Origin: Tubulanus polymorphus
Lineage: Eukaryota > Animalia > Nemertea
Reading direction: 5' to 3'
Assembly: GCF_964204645.1 (NCBI RefSeq)
Contig: NC_134028.1
Location: 20,580,345-20,644,344, forward strand
Length of the DNA stretch: 64,000 nucleotides
Positions 22,739-35,800 of the stretch are shown piece by piece. Both the position numbers and the translations under genes were made by a program. Every line of letters begins with the position of its first letter. The stretch's first letter is position 1. The notes under the pieces were generated by a model. That model worked only from the letters and a program-made list of their open reading frames with translations. It ran no database searches and was not told the origin of the DNA.

Positions 22739-23248
22739 CAGTACATGTTATCCCTGCCTAGACTACGGATGAATTTGCTTTCTGAGGCAATGGGTGGGGA
22801 CTAGCGGCTGACATCTCGGCGATTCGGGTGTATCTGATCAGTATATCCATTTTTGCATAAATTTCGGCTCATCTTTATAAAATGTACTTAGAAAATTATT
22901 ATGGAATTATTCATTAATTGTTGAAGCTGTCTGTTGCCAACATGTGCTGGGCACACGATAATCAACTAAATGATGTACTTGGCATCAGTATTAATTTACG
23001 TCGTTGATTGGAGTCGGGACAGGTTGGACAAACCATCTTAAACGGTTAAAGATCGAGGCGGTCAGTGTATGGAAAGGGAGAGGAACATAATAAAAAAGGG
23101 AAACTTTCGGTGTATACTGTTTTAATAATGCTTACTTCCAAAAAAAAGGGGAAGAGAAGTTGGTGGTTTTGTATCTAACTAAATTTGTATTATCATACTA
23201 AATGTGGTATAAAAAGAAACGAACTCCAGTGAGTGTAAATAGATCTGG

Positions 23249-24820
23249 TCATTCTTCTCGTTCTGAAATATAGGATTTGTATTTGCATGAGTTTTTTTTT
23301 AATTCCCATATGGTTCATATTGTAATTTCTCGGACTGAAATACGAATTTGTTATATTTGCTTGTATATTTTATAAAATTCTTACCGGGTTCGCTGTCACT
23401 GGAATTTGTAGGTGAAGGAGGTGGGAAGTAGCTAGCCAGCGACGGCAGGGAGCTGGAGGTGCTGCTTGCAGAAGGGCTAGCAGGGGTATCAGGGATGTGA
23501 AGGATCGGATATCGGGAATGGGGAATCAGGTACAGGAGGGGAATCGGGAACTCCAAGTGATAGGAGGGGGTGCTGAGAAAGGTCGAGAAAAGGAGTTGAG
23601 TTGGGAGAAGAGGTACTGGGGGATGGGGACATGCGGTTATAGGGTGGAGGTTGTGGCCCCAGACCGGGGGGCGAGGGGTCCACGCTCTGGTCTGTGGGCG
23701 CGTTAGTACGACGGGAATAGGGATGCATGCGGAGGGTGCCGCCGCTTGGTTGCCCCCTTCCCGTGCCCCTTTGCCGCGCCGTATGTTGCCCTCGTGTTGA
23801 GGATGGGGTGGATGGAACTGGGAGCCCTGCGTAAATAGACAATATATATAGAGGTAACATGTGGAATTGTGTTCGTGGCGTTGCCATAGTATAATTATTA
23901 GCATTAGAACATATAACTAATGGTATACGCAATGAATAAATAAATACGTATGAACTATGGTTGTAAAGAGGGATATATATAATGTATACCTGAAAACGCG
24001 GCGCGTAAGTCGTCGGTGGCAGCCCGAATTATGTTTAATAATTGTTGTCGGTTGCCTGCGTTGCAAAAGTATATTAGAAAAAGCAGTTATAAATTGTTTT
24101 TTTTGGTACATAAAATGAATTAAGAAGTCTTACCGGGCTGTGCTAGAATAAAGCCATACAGCATGTGTAGGACCAGTGAGGCTGATATGAAAAACAAAAT
24201 ATGACAGGATGAGATATATATGTTGTTAATTTTGAGGTTTCTAATTTTATATACTTCATGCTTTGAAGCACGGTATTAGTACGTTGCCGTACAGTACCTT
24301 GGAAGTGCTGATTAAAAAAAAAAAAAAAAAAACAAAGAAAGAAAAAAAAAAGGGATTGTATATATAAAAGTATTGTTGCATAATATAATACAACGGTAAT
24401 GAAATGGACTGAAGTGCAATTAACGTTTTTACAATTAGTAATTATAGTTACATGACTAACATTGTTAAATTTCAGGGTTTTTCTGGTATTATATTGTTCA
24501 CATTTTTAGGAATAGCGCATGGGGTAATAGATCTTATCAGGGGCGATGTGACCGTTTAAAATAACAAAGTGCAAGAGTGGCGCATAATGTATTATCGCAT
24601 GTAATGATAAAACTGTACAAAATGGTTGGTGTGTTAGTTTATAAGTATTCAAAATAAGTTGCTTACCGAAAAAAAAAACTCTATCGGGTCCATTGTGAAT
24701 GATAATCCGGATGGTAATGAGGGTTTAGTCTTTATGGCGGATGGAAGTAGAATGTTTCAGAGATGGGGATTTTACTCAGTATCAAGGGTGACTTTTTGGC
24801 CAGGTGTACTGTTATTGTTG
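23249..24820 (-). CDS. Putative spliced antisense accessory gene of the LTR element (exons 24820-24667, 24307-24255, 24181-24134, 24055-23990, 23826-23385, 23262-)
   Basis: Alternating canonical minus-strand acceptors (pyrimidine tract plus CAG) and donors (GTAAG x3, GTATA x2); ATG in strong context at 24693; frames stay open across the junctions. The true reading frame is uncertain. Confidence 0.6.
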
Positions 24821-25117
24821 CTGGTCAGAAAAGAAATAATGGGTTTTTTTTTCTCTCTCTACCATCCAGATGTTGAAAATTTATGTGCGTCAGTTGCAAG
24901 ATTGTTGTATCATTTATCATAAAGCACCATTTTTATTGCCTTACGGTGAAGTTCAAGGGGTGAAAGTTGTTAAAAAAGAAAAACAAAAAAGAAAAAGTTG
25001 TTTATGGAAGTAAGGGGTACTGATTTTGCACTATTGCTAGCTACGGCTCTTAAAAAAATCTCTGGAAGTGCAAACGGGCTTCAGTATTTTTTTTGGCGAT
25101 TGGGGGTCCAATCGTCT

Positions 25118-25131
25118 GGAAAGGGGGATGG
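25118..25131 (+). promoter_or_regulatory. Polypurine tract
   Basis: GGAAAGGGGGATGG immediately before the 3' LTR. Confidence 0.9.
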
Positions 25132-25731
25132 TATTGGAGTAATAAATTACCTATTTAGACAGTGGGAAATAAGCCGGAGTTCAAGGCAGTAGTTGCGGTT
25201 AGCAGGCGACCTACGTGAATACTTACGTCACACATAAGAGAGAAGCATAGAAGATAGGTGAGAGTGACGTGGGTGTCTACGTGGGAAAGCTTGTTATAGC
25301 AGCAGCCTTGAGCTCTGGAAAGTTGAGTTATAAATTTAGCGCTCGTGACGTATAACACACGTAGAAATGATTTACATGGCCAGTAGGACTGTAGTAATAG
25401 AATAAGACGTCTCTGGCGATGAGGCCAAGCGGTGTGGAAATATACGTCACGAGCGAAGGAAGAATAAGTATAAAAAGGGAGGGTTTTAATGCAGTGGGGT
25501 CGAAAGCTTGGTCGGTAGAGCTGGGTCGGTTGAGCTAGTGGTTAGAACTAGAGGGGACGTGCTAGGAAGATTGTAAGAAGAGAGTATAAGAATAAAGATC
25601 TGGATCGATAGAAGAAGCTAGTTGTAGTTAATTTATGAGAAGAACCCCAAGGAACTACGCTGGTGAAACGCAAACAACGCAGGTGGTCAACACACGTCAC
25701 CCGGACACTGGGACAGAGGACCCCCACAACA
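25132..25731 (+). repeat. 3' LTR
   Basis: Direct repeat of 14990-15589 at offset 10142, followed by TSD GTTC. Confidence 0.97.
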
Positions 25732-26766
25732 GTTCCAGTCACTATCTTAGGTAGGTCCACTTGCCACTGGTGCTAGTGTAACACGATTCATTCTTGATAT
25801 GAGAAAGTTACTTTGAGAGAGGAACTCTGTTTCCATAAAAAAAAACTTTCTAAACATGGTAACTCCAGACTCTTCGTTTCCCGTGTTTAAGAGAGGATAT
25901 TTTGGTATCGTACGGGTGATTTAAATTTAGGTTATATTCAAAATACACCAAATTATGTGAAGAAGATGTTATAGAAAAATTGTTTAAACCTGTGAGGCAA
26001 ATCAAATATGTAACTATATTTGCCGAAAAGACACACACAAAATGAGAAAATCAAAGATTTTGCAGTCGCCATGGCAATAAATCTCAACAAATGCAGATTT
26101 TTCCGAGAAAATCTGATACCGTGTAAAGTTTACTTCAATTTCCGACAATAAGATACCACACATATATCATGTGAATTCCAAAATCTAGCCCCAATGACCA
26201 TATGGTCACTTTTTTGGAATATGGACATAAAACAGTTGCCATGGCAGTGACGGTAACAATGAATATTGGGCATCGGTCATTCTCATGTCCAGGGAAGTCT
26301 ACTTAACAGCCCCACGTGCCAGGCTGTAACATGCTATGCATAACAATTTACACAAGCTCCTCTTCTTTGATTAAGAATAGGACATATCTAACATATTTTG
26401 TAGCCACAAGGTGTTGACTCAACATTCTCACTGTCACTTGTACTAAATGATGAATGGACTAAAGGAGCATCTCAAAATTTTAATCGTCTCGTCAATTAGA
26501 ATAACTTTATTAAATCTCTCTTACCCCACACTTTGATTAGACACGTGCCGAAGTTGGAACTATTGATTTTCTAATTGAGAGGCCACAGACAAAGTTAAGT
26601 TCTCGTGACTGTATTTTGATCGCAACTGTCATTGAAAATACAATAGGAAAATTACATATGAACCCTATTAATCTAATAGGTTTTAACAAATAGGCCTCGT
26701 AACGAGCGCATGGTTTCTCGAACTTATATCTTTTTGATTAATGTCGTACGAATCCTAGATTATTAT

Positions 26767-26921
<155 letters not shown>

Positions 26922-27089
26922 CAGCAATGTGTCGCATGACAAGATGTGAAATGAAATGTAGATACTGGTGCGTATCAGTGGGTTTAGTGTATAGGTCAGT
27001 ACCAATTTTCCAATTTGATTTGTAGCCTCTAACATCTAGATGATTAGCTTCTAAAAAGGTATATTCATGGGTAAATCTGACGTTCAGTA

Positions 27090-27470
27090 AATTTAGTTAA
27101 ACACTCATCAAGACCCTGTTCCCACAAACCAAACTTATGTATCATCTACGAATCTCTTCCACAATTTAGGTTTATGGGTAGATTTGTCGAAGTCTTCCGA
27201 TTCTAAAATATATGTGCATGAATACGTTTACCAATAGCCGTTCCCGACATTAGCACAAAATGCATGTTGTAAAAAATTTACAGATATTATTACTAAGAAC
27301 TACTATCGATAGCTTCACATGTGTAGAAACTCATTAACAGCTCTATTAACATCTTCGATAGGTATACTGGGGTATAGAGCCACAACATCAGTGAATAATA
27401 TTGTATTGCTGCTATCTACTGCAGTATTTTTCATAATAAGTAGGAAATCTAACGTGTCCTCAATGTGTAT
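27090..27470 (-). mobile_element. Decayed Penelope-like element reverse transcriptase fragment
   Basis: Minus-strand translation DTLDFL...TILFTDVVALYPSIP (27460-27361) and KPKLWKRFVDD (27175-27142), interrupted by stops and deletions. Confidence 0.75.
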
Positions 27471-27527
27471 GATGGAACAAATTTTTCGATTAGAACGTCT
27501 CTCAGTCGGCGTACTACAGCCCCGAAA

Positions 27528-28528
27528 CTACCGGTCTACCCGACACGCCTGGCATCGTGTGAAACTACGGAATCTATCATCGGTAGAAATAAGGATGAAA
27601 AAATTACCGACTGAATTGAAAACCGTTGTAGTGAGAGCGAATTGATAAAACATTGCTCGCAATCTATAATCGCGTATTACAAAACCGTTTATTTCAAAAA
27701 GTCGCGGCATTGTGGCCGGGATTTCGCAAATTAGAAAGAAAGTGACGAGCGCAACGACATTTCTGAGAGCGCGGATATCGATGACATTGTTGCGGGCGAC
27801 GGAATCACTTCGACGAAGAGACCGTCGAGCTGTGGTCGCACGATATAAAACAAACATTAACAGAAAATTGACAACTATCAAAAAACAAGTAGGGAATATT
27901 GACGTTATGAACATGTAAACATAATTGGTGTAATTTGTGATGAGTTTTGTGAGAAAATCAGTATATTTGAAGAGTGTATAACCGCTGAACTGGGTATGAA
28001 CACGAATATCTAATCTAAGACAAGGCAAGTGATAAAGTCCTGGGAATGAGCCTTGTATGATATAATGCCAGTTTGCCAACGCGCTTAAGGTAACCACACA
28101 AATCATCATTGATAGTAGTTTTCTTTGTGTCCAAAATCGTACCGCTCGCAACGGAAATGAAATCACCACTAGCCGATCAACACTGAGCAAAACAACCGAC
28201 CAATTCCTCGATGTCTCTAACCAGAGAAACATATATGAAAATATGAACAAAATCCAACCCCCGAATTTGAGCGCGTAAAAACGAAACATGACGTCACCCA
28301 TAATCGCGTAAACGTACAACGCCCGAATCGGGTACAAAAACGCGAACGAAACGAGAAACGATAAATCAAAACAAGCTACGAATTTGCATACGTAGTATGA
28401 TTTTCGTTTCAAACGTTCGATCGTAACGATAGTACAATCGCATGGACGTAAAACGTATCGATGTAAACTTTTCGTATCGGTGAAGTTTTTACGCACGACA
28501 CGTCAGATGAATTCGTAACAGACGTCAT
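27528..28528 (-). pseudogene. Intronless class A GPCR (FMRFamide/peptide-receptor-like), apparently disrupted in TM1
   Basis: TM2-TM7 motifs: VACFDLSFL, LSVDRLVVISFPL, IFPTCFLIVVN, FFLICEIP, NSVGNFFIL. The long ORF has only a GTG start; the ATG with MTSVTNSS (28528) is in another frame. Confidence 0.7.
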
Positions 28529-29896
28529 CACTGAGTGAAGGACCCGAGGTTTATCAGCTGGAAGGAATTCGAGATATATTATATTGGCACGAGCATTAAC
28601 TCTTATATATTCTATCATTGAATTACAGGTTCTAGATGAGATATTTGATACTCTATTGATAGCACAAGCTTTTTAAATTGTATATTCGATACTCTAAGAT
28701 TTCGAGTTTTAAATTCATGAAACGTAACACATGTTGACTCGGTATTGAGTTATCAAGTTACCAATTAGTTCGAGGTGAATTCTAAAAAAAAAAATCTCCT
28801 GGATGCAAAATGTCCCATGCTAGCAAATTGTGTCTATTCAAAACCGAAGGATGTAAATTGAAGGCAATTCCTTTTAGAATACGCCAAATGTAACCACGGT
28901 TGTGCCGATGATTTGGCTGTATTTGTGGACATTTCGGTTAGATACACCAATCACCAATATCAGACATTGGTAGAAAACAACACCATCGCTCGGAATATCT
29001 TTCACCGACTTATCTTTATTACGTACTACCATTGACTGAGTCCATGGTACTACGCAATAGTGTTGTAACACGGTCATTATAAGTTGGGTCATGATAAGTT
29101 TACAATGTTAACAATACTTTCTTCTAAAACTCTTGATAACGATGTAACACAAAACTTTTTGAAGTCTCGCGCGAGAAAACCAAAAGTTTTGAGGTCTCGC
29201 GCGAGAGAACCACAATGTTTTGAATTCTCGCACGAGAAAACCAAAAAACGGGCCAATGTGAAATTTTTTAGTATGGCCCGAATCAGCCACCATAATATAA
29301 AAACGCGTATAGCATAAGTTCGGAATAATAATTGTATAGAAAACCATGCAAAAATTGTTTGTTTCTCATCAGTTTCATTTTCCGCACGCGTCAAAAAAGT
29401 TCGTCGGTATAAAAATGAAAAAAAATGCGCATCCCGCAGACAGAAATCTGGTCTCGTTTCTTTTTTTAAACTCTCCCCTACGCACCCCGATAAACTACCT
29501 GGTCACACGTTTTTCTTTTTTTGCTTCACGGTTGCTACCCAATTGTTACTTAGAAGGAGTAATTCGATAACGAAGTGCAGCTTTACATTACATCATGATA
29601 CATGGTCGTTAACGCCTAAATTTCCCTAATTAAAAGATAAAAAATAGTCGCTTGCCTTAATCAATTTTGGAATTCGGAATATGGCTTATCATTTTTCTCT
29701 TTTTTCAAAAGCAATGTAAAAATAGATAATATTTCCCTGCATCGATATTCAATAAGCCTATATCTTACTATAAGAGATGGGATCATAACGATCATCTTTT
29801 TAACCAAAAGATCTTTTTTTTCTATTTCGATACGTATATTGTTGTCAATTGGGTAAAAAAGCTATTTCGTCATCAGGTTGAGGAAATATTGTTTAG

Positions 29897-32800
29897 ACCG
29901 CATTTGCAATGCCCATCTTCGGTGAACGAGTCGCAGAGATTTGAATGTACCGTTCAACTTGTTCAAGGCGTCAAAGCTAGAAAACTGGAAGTTGATCTAG
30001 ATGACGGCACCGTACTGAGATTCGACAATCAAGGTATCCAAAAATGACAAATTTTCAGCAACTCAATCGATACTGGGGCCGGTTGCTCAAAGGTTGGTTG
30101 AAATAACCGGTGGATAAGTCCCTAACCATCGGTTAGTTAACCACAGGTTAAATTCAGTTCCTCAAATCCTCGGTTTGCCAATCGGTGGTTCAGGTTCCTA
30201 AACCAGTGGTTAAATCATTAATTCACTCGTTGGCCCAGTTTTCATACGCCCTCTCGCACTTTGAATGGAGTCTGTTTTGATCGATAATGACAGGAAAATT
30301 GAAAAAAAGGGAATCCAATTTTAGAGAAAAAAAAATTCAACGCTTTTAATACTTGAAAGGTAATGTTGTGGCGCGATTTCTATCTGTGCCTCTTCCAAGG
30401 TCCTCTCTTACAAAATGAAACCTTTCTCATAAACATTCTTCCGAAAATTGATTTATTTAACTTTCTAATTCTTGACCAACCCAATTTATCCGACGGTTAA
30501 AAGTTTGACCAACCTTTGAGCAACCGTTCCTAGGTATATGAAAATCACTCACTAACTTACTAACTAAACTCACTAACTGACAATTTGACTTGAACATTGC
30601 GTTGAACATACGATCATTTCAATAACGTAAAACGTCTTCAGAAAAACTTGACACAAAAGTTAAGGTATAAGTAACTACATGGCCTAATAAAGCATGTACC
30701 GAGGCGGCTAGTGCTTAAGCAAACCCATGGTCACTCAAATCCTCAACAACGCCAGAGAGACTAGAGCAAACTAATTCTATTGTTTTATGTTCTTTCCATT
30801 ATCTGATCTAAATTGCAGAGTCAACCGTGTTCTCAGTGGGAACGACCGAATGTCCGGAAAGCAATTGCACAACTGCAAGCATCACTAAAAAGCATTATCT
30901 ACTTAATGATATCATTAGATATCACGGCACCATAGGACAATATGAGATAGACGTTGGAAAAATCGGGGATTTCACATTCGAGGTGAGGTTTACATTTTCA
31001 TCAATGCCCGGCAATCCATCATCGATGAAAAACCGAAATCAAGGACCCGATATCATAATTGTCTGTTATTATGATCACTTTTCATTTCTTATCTAACCTA
31101 TTCAAAATTTCTCCCAAAATTGATTAGGGAAAAAGGGCGCTGAAATCCCCTAATTAGAAACTACTTGGTTTAGGGTTTAGGAAAAATTAAGTTTATTTGA
31201 AAAAAATACTACTGTTCTTCAGTGACACATCCTGACGAGATGTAATTTTGATGGCGCTGACATTTCAAATGTTCAAAGCTTTTGTTTTCAACGATAGATT
31301 ATGTTACATAAATACATAATAACCATTCTTGACAAACTTTACCTTTAATGAGTGATGGATTATACTGAAATATGAGTGATTGAAAAGCGAATATTGGAAG
31401 GAATTTTCACACCGCGTGTATATTATCGTTTAGATACAGCGGCCCAGATGTCAACCTTGGAAGGTGTTTTGTTTCCGATCGTACCGTTGCATCGACCCTG
31501 TTTTAACGCAATGCTCGAAATCTGAATCAGTCTGGGCTTTGAAATGTCAGTCGCCATCGGTGTACAGTTTCCAAAAGAAAGCTTGCGTCGACAGCGCCGG
31601 GAAAGTGAAGATTCAAAGCTATTTCAAGAATTACGATAAAGCGATAAAGTACACAGATTCTTCAGGACGGTCGTTTCTATTTCGCAAGCGATATCGAAGA
31701 CCGGTAGACAGACGTTTCAGATAGTGACTGGTAACACTACCGTTCAGCCGGGCGATGTCATCGTCGTTCAAAGCCCGAGTGTGACGCTGAGAAAGTTTCC
31801 GATCACTGCATATACCTCCGTACTGAATAACGCGGCATCGAAATACGCAACACGCGATTACCGGATAATGGTTCAAGCTCATTTTCTTCGCGCTCTTGAA
31901 GTGCGATTCGCTCACACCTATACACCACAATCAACGAAGGATACGTTCAACGTGACCGCTTCGGTGTTCGGCGGTGAAAATTCAACGGTGACCGTCAACG
32001 TTCTTGTGCCGATTAGCAATGTGAAGATTGATTCACCTGCCGCCGGTAGGTTACACGCAGACGATAAGTATTAAATAACAGTGCAACAGCATTCATCACC
32101 AGGCTTACTTACTAACAGATACACACTATCCGTGCAAGATGGATGACGGGAGAAATCCCACAATAGTTCAGTCAAAAGATGAAAAATTCTTGAATAGGAG
32201 ATTATATATGTTGAGAATTTTTATATATTCTGCTATTTCATTTTGTTTCTCAGTACGCCTGATGATGGCTAAACGTTGCTCAAAATATATACCCATCCAT
32301 TCAAGAATTTTTCATCTTTGACTGAATTATTGTGGGATTTCTCTCGTCTACTTACAAACAGTTCATGAACTGAGAAAACCTAATTTCTTTCTTTCATCGT
32401 AGCAAAAACAAACGAAACAGTGACATTCTCAATACCGCCTCATTACGGCAGTGACGTGAAATATGTTTGGAAATTCTCCGCGAACGGTTCAGCGACGAAT
32501 GAAACTACCGAAAACCGAACTACTCGTTCGTACACAAAATCGGGCACCTACGACGTGTCTTTGAATGCCATGAATGATGTCAGTTTTGAAGGAGTTTCGG
32601 TAAGTATAAAAATGGGCACTTCCTGCCATCTTGTCCCTACGCTCGGAAAGCAAAACAAAGATAAATTGATGCCATTTGTGGTTTGCCCACAATTGTAATC
32701 TTTTGTATATTTTTGTATATTATATATTGAAGAAAAGCCGATTTGAGGGTTCAGAGACTTTCTGCCTCACGCAGAACTGACTGCTATTTGAGAGTATTTG

Positions 32801-35800
32801 CTACTCATTTAGAGGAGTTCTACTTCTCTCAAAAATATCAAATTACTCTCAAAATCTGAGAACGTCTATTTTCAATTAAATCGCTATTTTTGGTATCGAG
32901 TAACCATCATTTGTTTAAAAACTTCTACGTTTAGAGATATCAGGTAACAGTCACTCACATAATCTTATATATCCCGACAAGACATTACGTCTATGTACAG
33001 TCATTTGATTGGCCAGTGGTTCGTCACACGTGCGGCAATAATATGCTACCTAATATGGGGATTTAGAAAGAAACTACTGGGGCCGGTCTTATAGAATTGT
33101 ATTACCTCTAACCCGGGGGCTTACTTAATTCATTTTCGATTGAATTAGCCCCCGAGTTAAATGTAATACCGGTTCTATGAAATCGGGCCCAGGGATATAT
33201 CTTATTGGATAACTCTAATAAAGTATCGTCACGTGATCTTTACCTTTCAGGAACAAATCATAATTCAAGACGAGGTTCTGCAGTTGACGGTGAATGCAAG
33301 TAAACAATTCATCAAATTGGGCGACTCCGTTGAGGTAGCCTGGTACATTTCTCAAGGTATATACTATTGACTTATCTCTTGTGAAAAATCCCTGAAATCT
33401 TAATTAAGTACATCAAGGAATGAGTGCTCAATCTGTGCTCGGCAAAATATAGGTACTGATGTTGAATGCGTAATGACGATGGAAGCTGATAAAACGGTTG
33501 GGATCAAACCTGGAACTAAAAAATCGCAACAAAGTCATAACGGTAGATATCATAAATTTATTAGTTAATAGGCTCTCCGACAATGAAGATATTATTAATT
33601 ACAAAACGATAATGCTTGATTCGATCTCGGATCTCGGATCTCGGAATCAGCAAATCATCTTTGCGTTAACAGTCTGGGAGCCCAGCAGAACATTTAGCGT
33701 ATAGACGAACTGGTTACCAATGACCGAAACCATTATACATGGCAAATCTTTCAAAGATCCATTGGTAAAAACCAGAGTCTGGCATTTCATGACTCCTGTA
33801 TTTACCTCATGGGACCCGCCAAACAAGGGGTAAAAACTGATTAAAACAAAATTTTCATAGGCACCCATAACTACCAGTTGCATTCTAACGTCTACCCTAA
33901 AGTGATCTGGGCTCCTGGATTATGATATGTTATATCTCAATGTATCATAGGAATGGGCGGAACACTGGTTTATACATACGCAACACCTGGCAGCAGAACT
34001 GTAGTGGTAAACGCGACTAACATGGTCAGCTGGCAAGTGGCAAACTTCACCGCATATGTACAGGCACCTGTTGGAAAACTGACGATGGAATCGCCAGTAA
34101 ACGTGGCTGTTGATACGTCGAGAACGCTGACTTTCACGACAAAGACTGGGACAGAATTGATATTGAACGCCACTATCGACGGCGTTTCAATAGCCGATGT
34201 TTCGTTGTTGCGAACAACGCCGACCATCAAAGGAAAAATCGTTATTCCGGGCCAGAAAAACGTCCACAACTATACACTTAATTTGACCGTCTACAACGAT
34301 ATAAGTGTTTCAACAGCCGTTTCGATGATAGAAGTCGACGTGCCTTTTACGGACACGGAGGTCCTTTCGGTGGACCGTTCGTTCGCTCCGACGGCCGAGG
34401 ATGTGAATGTTACCGTAGCGCCGGTAACAGCCACCCGGGTAACTGCACAATACGAGTTTGGAGACGGGACGCCGTCGGTTAACGACTGGTTCCAATCTAG
34501 CGACAATACGACCGTCTCTACGTTGCATCGATTTTCTAATCCGGGCAACTTTACGATCAAAGCTACGCTGAAAAATCCGCTCGGAAGCGTGTTCAGGGAA
34601 TTCGCGGTTCTCGTCCAACATCCGGTGAGAGCGATCAATTTCTCGTCGAATTCGCCGCTCGTTTTGCAACGTGATAAAAAAACTGACTTGCTGATACCGC
34701 TAAAAGGTAAATGTTTCAGCCGAATTGATTTGTGTTTTTAAAAATTTTCTATCTAAATGAAGTGTATCAAAACTGCTAATTCGTGCAAACCAACTATGGA
34801 ATGTTGACCGTTTTTTTTCCAATTGTATCTATCTTACGAAACTTAACGAATCTGACGGTGACATTTGCACCCATCCATTTTAGGAATGGTAGGGACGAAC
34901 TTCATTGCTGCTGCTGGAATCCCGTTCCCAACGGATCCTATGTACGCAATTTGGGTAGACGATTATAATCTAACAGACAACGGACCTTTCACCCTCGACG
35001 ACCGTCGAATCAACTTCACCATTAACGAGCCAGGAACTTACCTGGTGCACGTGAATATTTCCAATCTAGTTAGTTTCCTCAACTACACACATCGAGTCGA
35101 GGCGGATATAAAGATAGACAGCGTCAAATCCGCCTATTTTGGAGTTAATATCGCCAAAATCGGTGAAAACCTCAAGTTTGGAGCGACGGTTATGGGAGGA
35201 TCACGGGTAAAATTGATTTTCGAATTTCAAGACGGATTGAACGAAACGGTTGACGCCGAAGTCGGCAAACTCAAGCAAGTGCAACACGCTTTTCAAACGG
35301 ATGGCCAGTTTCTCGTCAACGTGACGGCGGTAAACAGCGTCAGTGTGTTATCAACGACGAACAACATCCCGATGGTTATTCAAATCCCAATCGATCACGT
35401 GGGGTTGCATTTCATTACAACAACTAACGCCCCGATCCAGGAAATACCCCAAGGCGCCACCTACAACGCAAAATTCCAAGTGAAACTGGCAGAAAATAAA
35501 CCTTTCCCGACTAATTCAACGTGCGCGATTGATTTCGGTGACGGCGAAAATGTAACGGAATTGATCGGCCAAAACGCCGCGCTCGGTCGAAGGAAAAGAA
35601 GGAGTTTAAGCCCTTCATTGTGCACAGTACCTGGTGGATGCGTTTTGATAGAAATTCCACACGTTTATAAAAACGGTAATCCATTTCAAGTTCGGGCAAA
35701 CCTCACCAACGCTGTCTCGCAGAAATCTTTGAATATTACGGCCAACATATATGCAAAAATTGTGAACTTAGGCTTTAAGATCATGTATCTCGATCCCTAT

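Larger units (their letters stand above)
14990..25731 (+). mobile_element. Full-length env-bearing Ty3/Gypsy LTR retrotransposon (endogenous retrovirus-like)
   Basis: Two 600-bp LTRs, 4-bp TSD GTTC (14986-14989, 25732-25735), PBS, PPT, gag, PR-RT-RH-IN domain order and env. Confidence 0.98.
14761..26365. mobile_element. Degenerate non-autonomous inverted-repeat element split by the LTR insertion (IRs ~14761-14870 and ~26278-26365)
   Basis: ttgttatgcatggcatgttacagcttggca..gtggggctattcagtagactt is the approximate reverse complement of aagtctacttaacagccccacgtgccaggctgtaacatgctatgcataacaa. Confidence 0.65.

Noticed and set aside
28878-28936. Candidate upstream polycystin exon (YAKCNHGCADDLAVFVDIS)
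   Set aside because: Splice sites are plausible, but I could not link it in phase to the exon at 29897 or to a start codon.
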